Positions 12,559 through 23,283 of a stretch of 38,497 bases of DNA are shown one piece after another. The notes beneath the pieces were generated by a model. That model ran no database searches. It had not been told where the DNA came from and saw only the letters and a program-made list of their open reading frames with translations. Numbering within the stretch: position 1 is the stretch's first letter; each line of letters opens with the position of its first letter. Location of the stretch: NCBI RefSeq assembly GCF_001194135.2, contig NC_068988.1, positions 39,536,412 to 39,574,908 of the forward strand. The letters are read 5' to 3'. Made by a program: the position numbers and the translations under genes. This DNA comes from Octopus bimaculoides. Taxonomy: Eukaryota.

Positions 12559-12951
12559 ATGAGAGGGATAACTTCCCTTGGCAAAACAAACAGGACACAG
12601 AAGTGTGTCGATAAGCCAGCTGGAGGAGATGTCCTCCTGGGGTTAAAAGCAACAGTAACATCCACCCCTAGGGGTCAGCCACATTTAAGTGGTAATATAC
12701 TTCACTTTATCGTGCAGTTACTGTTAATACCTCATTTAGAGAATTAACATTGCTTGTTTTCACTTTTTCGATATCAGTGAATAATTTCACTGGAAAAAGA
12801 TACATAAGGTTGCCAAGAATTATCCTTCTCATCGCAGATCGGTGGCTATCGGACGCTGACGAAGGGAAATAACCCTGAAACCCGGGTCCGTTCGTGCTAC
12901 AGATCACGATGAGAGGGATAACTTCCCTTGGCAAAACAAACAGAAGTGTGT
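12559..12951 (+). mobile_element. 350-bp tandem unit carrying a hammerhead ribozyme (non-LTR retrozyme-like, or Penelope pseudo-LTR)
   Basis: ATGAGAGGGATAACTTCCCTTGGCAAAACAAACAG starts at both 12559 and 12909 (period 350). The second copy continues with AAGTGTGT into the N-gap at 12952. No recognisable coding capacity; many internal hairpins. Confidence 0.6.
12850..12894 (+). ncRNA. Type I hammerhead ribozyme with palindromic minimal helix III
   Basis: CGGACG (stem I 5') - CTGACGA core (12856-12862) - stem II AGGG/aaataa/CCCT - GAAA - C-CCGG-G (ACCCGGGT palindrome) - TC cleavage site after C12888 - CGTTCG (stem I 3', 6 bp including one G.U). All conserved core nucleotides are present. Confidence 0.85.
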
Positions 12952-13067
12952 NNNNNNNNNNNNNNNNNNNNNNNNNNNNNNNNNNNNNNNNNNNNNNNNN
13001 NNNNNNNNNNNNNNNNNNNNNNNNNNNNNNNNNNNNNNNNNNNNNNNNNNNNNNNNNNNNNNNNNNN

Positions 13068-13121
<54 letters not shown>

Positions 13122-15489
13122 ATGTATATAAACGTATGTATATAAATATAAATATATATTATATACATATCTGGGCTTATATATTTATATATTTGTATTA
13201 TATATTTATATATGCATATATTTACGCACATAAATATGTGTGTCAGTGCATGTTTGTGTGTGTGTGTATGTGATTGTGTGTATGTGTGTGTATGTGATTG
13301 TGTGTATATGCGTGTGTGTGTGTGTGGCTACCAGCGTATGTATATCTCTGTTTGTTCCATACGCATGACTCTATCTAAATATGCAGATGATGAGAAAAGT
13401 CAACTTGAAAAAAAAAAAAAAAAGTCCTAATATTCCAACCAATACAAAAGACCACAAAAAAGAGGGGCGGAAACAATAAACGTTAAAGTAAAACATGCAG
13501 TTAGTGAAACGGAAAAGAACAAAAACGAAGAAATAAAAATAAACAGACTACCAAAGCACCATCTTAGCATCAACATGGGCGACATGAGCAAAAACAACAA
13601 CACCAACAAAAACAGCAGCAGCAATATTCACATCATCAGCAGCAACAGCTACGAGGGCAACAGAAGTAGTGGCAGAAACAGACGTTAATGGTGCAGCATA
13701 TCAACAGCTGCAGATAGACAACCTCAGCTTCTGTCACCTTGACCTTTAAATCTAGATATTACTGATGTCTCTGTGTATACATCTGGTGTCTACGCTGCTG
13801 CGGTTATTGTTGATGTTGATGTTATTGTAACTACTACTACTACTGCTACTGATACTGCTACTGCTGCTTCTGCTGATGCTGCCGTTGTTGTTTTTTATTA
13901 TTATTGCTGTTGTTTGTAGTCTAGTTGGGGACAAACAATACTTCTCATTTCAAAATGAAGCAAACTGCGGTGCTTTCTCTCACTTTTCTCTCTCTCATCT
14001 CTTTCTCTCTCCCTCTCTGTTTCAATATAGTTCTCTCTGCACCTTTCTTCTTGTTTGCCAGACTGTATATCTTTCTCAATATTACCCTAACTTCCTTTCT
14101 CTCTCTCTATCTCCCCCCCTCTCTCTCTCTGACTCTTTATCTATCTCTGGCAATGTACCTGACAATCTATCAATCTATCAATCTATTATCTATCTATCTG
14201 TCTGTCTGTCTGCTGTCTGTCTGTCTGTCTGCTGTCTGTCTGTCTGCTGTCTGTCTGTCTGTCTGTCTGTCTGCCTGACTTTCTGTGTGTCTGTCTCTCT
14301 GTCTCTCTGTCCGTCCGTCTGTCCATTTGCCAGTCTGTCAACTTGCCAGTCTGTCTATCTATCCGTCGTTCTCTCCCTCCCTCACCCTCTCTCTATCCCC
14401 CTTCTCTCTCCCTCTGTCTCTCTATCTAACTTTTCTATAATTCAATTTTTGTATTTATATCTACATCTTTTTTGTTTTGCTCAAGCTTTAATCTTCGTCC
14501 TTGAATTTTCAGTCTTTTTCTCTACGTGCATCGCATAGTCTTCGCTAGATTCCTGTTTCTAAATCCCTAATATATTTCTGTGTACAAGTTTCTGTCCCTC
14601 CCTTGATATTATTTGCACTGACATTCACCGTCATTTCTCTTTACTGTTCACTACCAGAGTTCTTAAGCACTGCAACACACTAACATTTGAAAAGACACAC
14701 ATGTATGCTAAGGCCCATAATTGTTGCTAAATAGCTTTCCATACACACACACGATCACCCACATATCTATAGCCATATACTACGATGTGTGATGTATTTA
14801 TCTATGAATCCTCCCATGACGTCGTTCGCGTGTGATTTTTGTGAAGTACATTCTGTTGTAAGTATTCCGAATAGATTACCATTTTGAGTATAACATTCTT
14901 ACTCCATCATTTTGAGAAATCTGTCAAAGGTCATGCACGCTGCATTTGAAACTGTAAACTATTTAAAATTGGGATGCACATAAATATGTCGTGCATGGAT
15001 GCATTTATGAATACACATATACATACATTTACACAAATACTTAGAAACACTTGGTTTCACAGGAAAAGAGCAAAAGAAAGTGACATATTAGTGGTACAAT
15101 AAAGATTTGTGAGACATTCCCAAAATTCTCCATCTGAGATTATTATGTGAATAGATTCACACAACTTGATGTATTCATCGACAGTTCTGCAAGCACACCA
15201 ACTCAACCACGTAGTTACAAACACTGGGAACTCTCTTAACTCAAAAATATCATGTTGCTTTGTTAGCAACCGGCATGAACTCACCCAAGAAAAACTTAAA
15301 TTAGACTCAAAGAAGAAACATACATGCATAGATACAAACATAAATGTATATTCTAATATGTAAGTGAAGCAGCGCTAGTGTAATAAACATTATCGACGTA
15401 ATGGCGCGGAAGGAGATGAGCAACAACAGCAACAGTAACAAAATCAACAGAGTATATTACGCATTAAGTGACGAAACACATTTATAGCC

Positions 15490-15778
15490 TCCGCTTCCCA
15501 ACCACATGGTTCCAGGTTCAATCCCACCTCGTGACACTTTGGGCAACTAAAGCGTTGTGATTGGATTTCGTAGACGGAAACTGAAAGAAGCCCGTTGTAT
15601 ATATATGTATATATATATATATGTATGTATGTATGTATGTGTATANNNNNNNNNNNNNNNNNNNNNNNNNNNNNNNNNNNNNNNNNNNNNNNNNNNNNNN
15701 NNNNNNNNNNNNNNNNNNNNNNNNNNNNNNNNNNNNNNNNNNNNNNNNNNNNNNNNNNNNNNNNNNNNNNNNNNNNNN

Positions 15779-15836
<58 letters not shown>

Positions 15837-16115
15837 CGTATGTATGTATGTATTTATATATACGCATATATATGCGCGTGTGTGTGTATATTTATATATA
15901 TGTCTATATATGTAGGTGTGTGTCTTTATTTCCGTGTTTGTCTCCTCCCCCCATCGCTTGATAACTGATATTGGTGTGTACATATCTCCGTAACCTGGCG
16001 GTTCGGCAAAGAGACCAACAGAATAAGTACCAGACTTACAAAGAGTGAGTTCCAGGGTCGATTTCTTCAACTAAAAGCTGCTAATGCAGATGACTGAAAC
16101 AACTAGAAGAATACA
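15490..16115 (+). mobile_element. SINE family B with an N-gap inside the internal microsatellite
   Basis: Head 15490-15597, microsatellite and gap, 3' half about 15920-16115. Confidence 0.8.
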
Positions 16116-16580
16116 AAAGGCAGGGTGGTCATGGCTTTACTACTAACCATAAAGTCCTGTTATGTTTTGGGGCTGTCTTTTCCCTATAGAGACGAAGAAA
16201 CACTGTCGAGTGATACAGTATCTATACTTAACGAACCCCCATCTGTCCGTAGTTCTGACAATAGCTAATTTCTTTCCGAGAAGTCGTGAAATTTCGATCC
16301 CAGTACCAAAGCAATAAGAGACAAGGTCGACATTGACGTGGTTTGAATAGAAACTACAGACAAGCAGAACATTTACCGCAGACTATTCTGATCCACGGAA
16401 TAAGAACCTCCAAATTCGTCACCTTAGTATTGATCATTGGTCTAAGGACTAAACAACGACGTGTGCAATAGAAGCCTTCATTTTATTATACAACAATAAT
16501 TTTCTTAGATTCTTTAAGGCTTCGTGTGTTGTACAGAAACATTAAATTCTTTTCATTAATTAAAATTTCTTTCCGACCAG

Positions 16581-16649
16581 GAGAAAAAACATTTAAAAAG
16601 AAAAGAAAGAAAACTGCTGTTGTTGAAAACAGTGAAAATAAGCTTTCAA
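16581..16649 (+). CDS. Candidate 69-nt exon (e.g. EKTFKKKRKKTAVVENSENKLS), gene unidentified
   Basis: Acceptor atttctttccgaccag| and donor |gtacgt; length divisible by 3; two open frames. Confidence 0.2.
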
Positions 16650-17074
16650 GTACGTCGTTATTACTCTACGCCATTCCGTGAAAAAACAAGGTCAAAAAGA
16701 AAACATCATTTCAAATCAGTCACGCTTACAAAATTCTATTCTAATGTATTTCCAGTCTATTGAATATAAACATTTCAATAAAACAACATAGAAATTTTAA
16801 AAATGAGTAAAATAAAAAAGTTAAAACCTAATTATCAAAAAATAAATTTCAACAGTTTCAGGTTGCGAATTTATCATTCTACAATCGTAAAACCGAACGT
16901 TTAACCATTCGCTGACTAAACTCTGCTGAAGACGAGGACGCTCTGTGCATGGTCGTACAGATGAGGAGAAATATCAGCCATCGTATCAGGATAGATTGAG
17001 CATGTACTTTAGAGGGTCACTCTGATAGAAATATCAGGTAAATCAACCTTATACCATACAATTTAATATTAAAA

Positions 17075-17270
17075 AGGCGGCGAATCGTTAGCAGCCGGGT
17101 GAAATGCTTAGCAGCATTCCGTCCGTCTTTACGGTCTGAGTTCAAATTCCACCGAGGTCGAGTTTGCCTTTCATTCTTTCGGGGTCGATGAATTAAGTAT
17201 CAGTGAAACACTAGGGTCAATGAAATCGACTATCCCCTTGTGCCTTCTGTAGAAAGGATTATTATTATCA
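17075..17270 (+). mobile_element. SINE family A
   Basis: GGCGGCGAATCGTTAGC..GAGTTCAAATTCCACCGAGGTCGA..GGGGTCGATGAATTAAGT, ending in an ATT-rich tail. Confidence 0.85.
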
Positions 17271-17279
17271 TTATCTTCA

Positions 17280-17645
17280 TTTTTTACCGTATGCTGGCAT
17301 TTTGGTCATTGGGCTGCTGCGATGCTGGAGCACCGCCTTGAAGAATACATATCGGATATGTTTTGCTGAAAGGCTAAATAACGGGGATGTAAATAAATCA
17401 ACACCGGATGCCAAACGGTGGCGTGACAAACACAAGCATGAGTGTCCCCTACCATATGCATGCACACACACAAACAACGTAAATATATATACGACGGTCT
17501 TCTTTCAGTTTTCGTCTGCCAAATCCACTCACGAGGCTTTGGTCAGACCGAGGCTATAGTGGAAGACACTTGCCTAAGGTTCCACATCAAAGGACTGAAC
17601 ACAGACCACGTGATTGGGAAGCAAACTTACTACCACACCGCTACG
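17280..17645 (-). mobile_element. SINE family B
   Basis: Reverse-complement homology, including GACGGTCTTCTTTCAGTTTTCGTC and GATGCTGGAGCACCGCC. Confidence 0.8.
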
Positions 17646-18919
17646 TCTGGTCTTATTTTCATTTGATCTATCTTCGTCAAACGATAGTGTTGTACAACTG
17701 GTCATCCATTTGTTGGTCATGCGTTTTCTGGTTGGCTTAAAACTAACAATTTTGCACCATGCTTTTGTTGGCTATGTTTGTGAACCTTCTAGCTCTCTCC
17801 TTCTCTATCATTTCAGATCCTCAGCAATCAATTAGTACTTATTTTCACGCGCGTAATAACTGTGTTTTGTGCCGTGTACCATCACACCTTCTGCTTTTAA
17901 CTATTTACTAGTGGTAGGGTGCAGTTCCGAAATAGATCTATTGTTCTTCGCGAGTCATTATACTCTGCATCTTCAGCAGACTGTAGCCGACCACATCATT
18001 TCTATTCACATCAGCACGGACAACTTATTCACAGTATTTCATAAATTTATTGCAGTTCGATCCTGAGAGCAAATATGTGAACCATTAATTCGGTCTGTTG
18101 CCTCGTCTAATTTTCGATCCAAAGGCCAAGTACACATCTCTGTTTTCCCTACCACCATCGATAGAAACCAAACCATCCCAAATAGCGGGTAGGGTCTCCT
18201 TTCACTGCTCCTTCGTGGGGACACTGAACCCTCTGATATTTGAGAGGTAAAGCTACATTGCATTGACCTTTCTTTATTAAAATTGTAAGGTAAGGTGACA
18301 GCATTATTAATTTTTTTCTGACATATATATCTCAAACAGTGTTCGTGTGTAGTTACTAATTTTTGGCTCAAGTCATCGGCATATCTGTTTTTGTTATATT
18401 TGCGTTGTAGAATGTTTCTAGCCATCCAGGTATATGAATTTACATTACAATTGCGTTCGTGTTTTACTGTGCGTCCCCCCCCCACCGACGCGTTGATATA
18501 TACATTTGTGTTCGTAATTGCAACTGTTTATTTAAATGCTATCATTTTTCTTTTATAGTTTGTGTATATATTTTTACAATCATCGACAAATTTTATTTTC
18601 GAAATATTGATTAAAGTGAACAATACTGCTTCCCTTCTTGATATTGCCACTCAACGATTTCCCAGACGAAGACGCAGCCATCTTTAAAAAGTTGTAAGTA
18701 AGCAAATTTTTATAAGATTAAAATAAATAGTTAAAAGAGAGAGTTTCATGTTTGCTCCAGGATAATGAGGCAGACATCTAAAAATATCAGAGTCCCTGGT
18801 TTGCAAATACTCGAATAGTCGAAGAATTTGTTATTTCTTTGAATAAATTCTGGTAGAATTCAAACATTGCATAAGCGATGCGTAACACGTCACTTATCAT
18901 CAAAAATTATTATTACTAT

Positions 18920-18920
18920 T

Positions 18921-18975
<55 letters not shown>

Positions 18976-18988
18976 CAGCAGCACCACC

Positions 18989-19020
<32 letters not shown>

Positions 19021-19049
19021 AATGACTACAGNNNNNNNNNNGACGACAG

Positions 19050-19097
<48 letters not shown>

Positions 19098-19108
19098 TAA
19101 TAATAATG

Positions 19109-19166
<58 letters not shown>
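18920..19166. repeat. Compound trinucleotide microsatellite (AGT)n(AGC)n(ACC)n(AAC)n(AAT)n
   Basis: Directly visible. Confidence 0.95.
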
Positions 19167-19168
<2 letters not shown>

Positions 19169-20392
19169 CCCGTGCCATGTATGAGCGACCTCACACGATA
19201 TACAGAAAATGGAAAAAGACCTGAAATCTCCAATTCAAGCTGCAAGAATATTTTGCGAAGGTCTTGTGGGAAATAGATGTGTTATGCCAATTATGAGTAG
19301 AAGCCGAAAGAGAAATCTTGATGATGTAAAATTACCATAAGTTGAAACAATTAGATCACTGAGAAATAATGAGGGAAATAAAAATCAAGAAGCGCTACAG
19401 AAAGTTTGGGCAATGGAACGAGAAATGAGTGAGAAAATCTTTAAAATGTATAAGAGATGAATTAAGTAGGTGCTAGGAACAAAATTGAATGCGGGGAATA
19501 TCATCAAAGCAACGATTATATGGGCCATGCTTGTTTTAAGACACTTTATTCTTTTTTAAGTGAACAACGACAAAGCTATAGGAATTAAATAGAAGAAATT
19601 GGAAGTTGCTCAAACAGTATAATGAGCGTCACACTAAAGTATCATCGACAAATTCTACCTTTGAATGGGAACAGAATTACAAGACGCTGAAGACGCCATT
19701 AATACTACGATACTGGATTCGATAACCAGTTCTACATATTGAAGAAATAATACTGTCAGCGGCTAGAAATGTGCAAAAATTTGCTGAAACCCTTGGGAAA
19801 TCTACGAACAAAAGAAAGAACAACTGGACAAATTGCTGAAAAGAGAATAAATTACACAATCAGTTCATGAAGCAAACCAGTGATGACGGACAGAAACTGA
19901 ATCGTTAACAATAGCTGTTCAAGAACAAGTCATTAAAATGAATTTAATAAAACTCAGTCAGATTGCAAACGCAAAATCTGTGGGAAAGCAAATAAAAGAC
20001 TCTGAGCTCTGAATAGAAGAAAAGTGGTATGAATACGACTCAGAAGCTGTGCTAGAGAATAATATTTATAACAATATATGGGATTTCTCCACATATAAAC
20101 TGTCCATATCATTGAAACAAGAAGACCAGATATAATTATAGAGGACAAAATGGGAAAAGGTCATAGACCTTGCAAAACCATATCATAATAAAGAAATAAC
20201 AAAAATTGAGAAATATCAGGACTTAACCAAGAGGAAGACTAAAATAACAATTATTTCTGCGGTAATTTGATGCACTTGGCACAACACTTCGATTATTACA
20301 TAAGATGCTGATGGATATTAGAATAGAGACTCAGAGATTGTCGACTTGCAGAGAAGGATAGCTGTAATCTTCAATGAGAAATATTCTTAATG
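19167..20392 (+). mobile_element. Degenerate, 5'-truncated R4/Dong-like non-LTR retrotransposon (RT motif 5 to restriction-like endonuclease)
   Basis: Fragmentary translation: CMSDLTRY (degenerate YMDDLKLY), VLGTKLNAGNIIKATIIWAMLVLRHF, KLHNQF, AVQEQVI, CKRKICG, KWYE..EAVLEN..IWDF, IIETRRPDIII, VIDLAKP..EKYQDL. Has many stops and frameshifts and is flanked by (AAT)n on both sides. Confidence 0.8.
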
Positions 20393-20395
20393 ATG

Positions 20396-20481
<86 letters not shown>

Positions 20482-20547
20482 AAGAAGAAGAAAAAAAAGA
20501 AGAAAAAGAAGAAGAAGAATATCATTATTATTATTATTATTATTATA
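20393..20547. repeat. (AAT)n(AAG)n(ATT)n microsatellite between the two R4/Dong-like fragments
   Basis: Directly visible. Confidence 0.95.
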
Positions 20548-21465
20548 ATTGCCTTTGCGCAGCTTCTAACGCTGGATATGTACTACAGTATCAGCTGTTC
20601 ACTACCAGTGAACTAAAATAACACCTCTTATTTTTCGAGCACCTTCCGGAGTATTCGAGCGGTTCCAAGCAGTGCTGTTTTCTGTAAGTGCTCCACCCTT
20701 ATTGCAGCCCCTATTTGTTCCATGCACTTCTCGAAATTTTTGCTCATTGTTCCCAGGGCTCAGACAATTATTGGTACTACTGCTACCTTTTTCATCGACC
20801 ACAACTGCTTAACTTCCCAAGCTAACCTGTCATATCTATCGACTTTTCTTTCTTCCTTNNNNNNNNNNAACTGCTTAACTTCCCAAGCTAACCTGTCATA
20901 TCTATCGACTTTTCTTTCTTCCTTATCGCATACCTTGTTGTCAGCTGGGCATACTATATCTATGATCCAGCATAGTTTGTTTTCTTCCTCAATTAAGGCT
21001 ATGTCCGACTTCCTATTCTCTATCTATTGGTCGCACTGAATCATAAAATCCCATAGGATCTTAGCATTTCCACATTCGACGATGCCTTAGGTTTGTGGTT
21101 GTACCAGTTTTTTGCTCTGTCAAATCCATATTTTTTGCAGAGTGTCCAGTGGATAAGCCTGACTATATGGTCGTGGCGTCTCTTATATTCCTTCTGGGCT
21201 AGTGGCGCACATTGGCTGGTAATATACCATGCCGTTTCACCGTTTTGTCTACAGATTCTGCACTTATAACTTTCTGCTGTGTTGTCAATTCTGTATTTTA
21301 TATAGTTTGTTCTTAGTGCTTGCTTTTGGGCAGCACAGATTAGAGCCTCCGTTTCCAGTTTTAAATCAATTTTAGTCATCCACAGCCATCTTTTTTCTCT
21401 GTCTGTCTTATCTTCAACATCCCTATGAAATTGACCGACCTTATAATCATTGTTCATATACACAT
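20548..21465 (-). mobile_element. R4/Dong-like non-LTR retrotransposon 3' fragment (zinc knuckle, restriction-like endonuclease, 3' UTR)
   Basis: ORF 21041-21463: ETEALICAAQKQALRTN..CRICRQNGETAWYITSQC..YKRRHD..IHW. It continues KILWDF..RKSDIALIE..IIDIVCPAD..VVPIIVGALG..LQKTALLGTARILRKVL. (TAA)n tail at 20521-20547 on the minus strand. Confidence 0.9.
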
Positions 21466-21471
21466 AACAAT

Positions 21472-21579
21472 TTCTTCTTCTTCTTCTTCTTCTTCTTCTT
21501 CTTCTTCTTCTTCTTCTTCTTCTTCTTCTTCTTCTTCTTCTTCTTCTTCTTCTTCTTCTTCTTCTTCTTCTTCTTCTTC
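21472..21579. repeat. (TTC)n microsatellite
   Basis: Directly visible; runs into an N-gap. Confidence 0.95.
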
Positions 21580-21590
21580 NNNNNNNNNNA

Positions 21591-21662
21591 GAATGTAAAC
21601 GCGGACGAAATGACGTTGAGTCTTTTGTCCGGCATGCTAACGATTCTGTCAGCTCGCCGCCT
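21591..21662 (-). mobile_element. SINE family A, 5' fragment
   Basis: Reverse complement reads GGCGGCGAGCTGACAGAATCGTTAGCATGCCGG; cut off by an N-gap. Confidence 0.75.
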
Positions 21663-21698
21663 CCATAGTTATAATAATAATAATAACAATAATAATAC

Positions 21699-21737
<39 letters not shown>

Positions 21738-22874
21738 ATCAGTCACGAAGGACTCATATAGACAAAACACTAAATATCGAAATTATGGGGTTTTCAAGAG
21801 AAGCTACTAAACAGACTAATGGATTTTGTTGTTTTTCTAATGTCTCTCTTTCCTCATCGTCTCGCAATAATGTCTTTTATTAGCACAATATCACATTTTG
21901 GTATACCAAAAGGCAAAAAAAAAAAAGAGAAGAAAAGAAATCAACATTTGACTAGTATGTCGTTTATTGATCTCAGAGAATAGAAAAGTTTAATATAGAA
22001 CGTTAGTAAATTATCACAGAGTATTTAGCTATTAAAAACCCTCCAACATCAGAAGCCGTAGCATAAGCAGCGTAAGCAACAGGCCCAGATGTGGCTGTGT
22101 GGTAAGAAGCTTGTTTCTCAACCACATGGTTCAAGGGTCAGTCCCATTGCATGGTACCTTGGGCAAGTGTCTTCTTCTATAGCCTCGGGCCGACCAAAAC
22201 CTCTTCAGTGGAATTGGTAGACGGAAACTGAAAGAAGCCCGTCGTTCATATATATATACATACATACATACATANNNNNNNNNNNNNNNNNNNNNNNNNN
22301 NNNNNNNNNNNNNNNNNNNNNNNNNNNNNNNNNNNNNNNNNNNNNNNNNNNNNNNNNNNNNNNNNNNNNNNNNNNNNNNNNNNNNNNNNNNNNNNNNNNN
22401 NNNNNNNNNNNNNNNNNNNNNNNNNNNNNNNNNNNNNNNNNNNNNNNNNNNNNNNNNNNNNNNNNNNNNNNNNNNNNNNNNNNNNNNNNNNNNNNNNNNN
22501 NNNNNNNNNNNNNNNNNNNNNNNNNNNNNNNNNNNNNNNNNNNNNNNNNNNNNNNNNNNNNNNNNNNNNNNNNNNNNNNNNNNNNNNNNNNNNNNNNNNN
22601 NNNNNNNNNNNNNNNNNNNNNNNNNNNNNNNNNNNNNNNNNNNNNNNNNNNNNNNNNNNNNNNNNNNNNNNNNNNNNNNNNNNNNNNNNNNNNNNNNNNN
22701 NNNNNNNNNNNNNNNNNNNNNNNNCAGTCCCACAGTGTAGCACCTTGGGCAGGAGTCTTCTCCCACAGCCACGGTCTGACCAAACCCTAGTGAGTGGATT
22801 TGGCGGACGGAAACTGAAAGAAGCCCGTCGTTCATATATATATACATACATACATACATACATACATACATAAT

Positions 22875-22913
<39 letters not shown>

Positions 22914-22957
22914 ACATAAAGGTGTCAGATCTTGTTTACACGTGGTTGTAGACATTG

Positions 22958-23252
22958 AAGAAAGAAAAATATGTAAAAACGCACAGGAGGTTTGTATAAT
23001 AAAATTTCTGCTAACATTAAGATCATAATGAAACAAAGAGTTGTATTACAGCATTATATAATAAACTGGGAGTAGCGGTTTCTCGTCTTACGCTTATCAA
23101 AATCTGAGACCTTGGAAGTTTGATAAGCATAAGACGCGAAACCGGTACTCCCAGTTTACTATATAATGTAATACAACTCTTTGTTTCATTATGATCTCAA
23201 TATTATCAGAAATTTTATTATGCAAACCTCCTTTGCGTTTTTAAATATTTTT

Positions 23253-23259
<7 letters not shown>
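22958..23259. repeat. About 300-bp fold-back inverted repeat (arms about 141-144 bp, 17-nt spacer 23102-23118)
   Basis: Manual alignment of 22958-23101 to the reverse complement of 23119-23259 gives 11 mismatches and one 3-nt indel. Confidence 0.9.
23113..23153 (+). ncRNA. Hammerhead-like motif with U3-A8 covariant core
   Basis: TGGAAG-t-TTGATAA-GCAT/aag/ACGC-GAAA-CCGG-TA-CTCCCA. Stem I is imperfect. The mirror copy in the left arm has stem II 5' strand GCGT, the perfect partner of this copy's ACGC. Confidence 0.45.

Positions 23260-23283
<24 letters not shown>

Noticed and set aside
18039-18485. 148-aa minus-strand ORF in unique sequence
   Set aside because: No recognisable domain, it starts in a G-run, and it has no supporting splice structure.
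18559-18693. Exon-like segment with a strong acceptor and donor
   Set aside because: There are stops in all three frames; it could only be a non-coding exon, which I cannot support without transcript data.
20803-20924. Exact 56-bp direct repeat (20803-20858 and 20869-20924) inside the R4/Dong-like element
   Set aside because: The copies flank a 10-N gap exactly, which indicates an unmerged contig overlap (assembly artefact).
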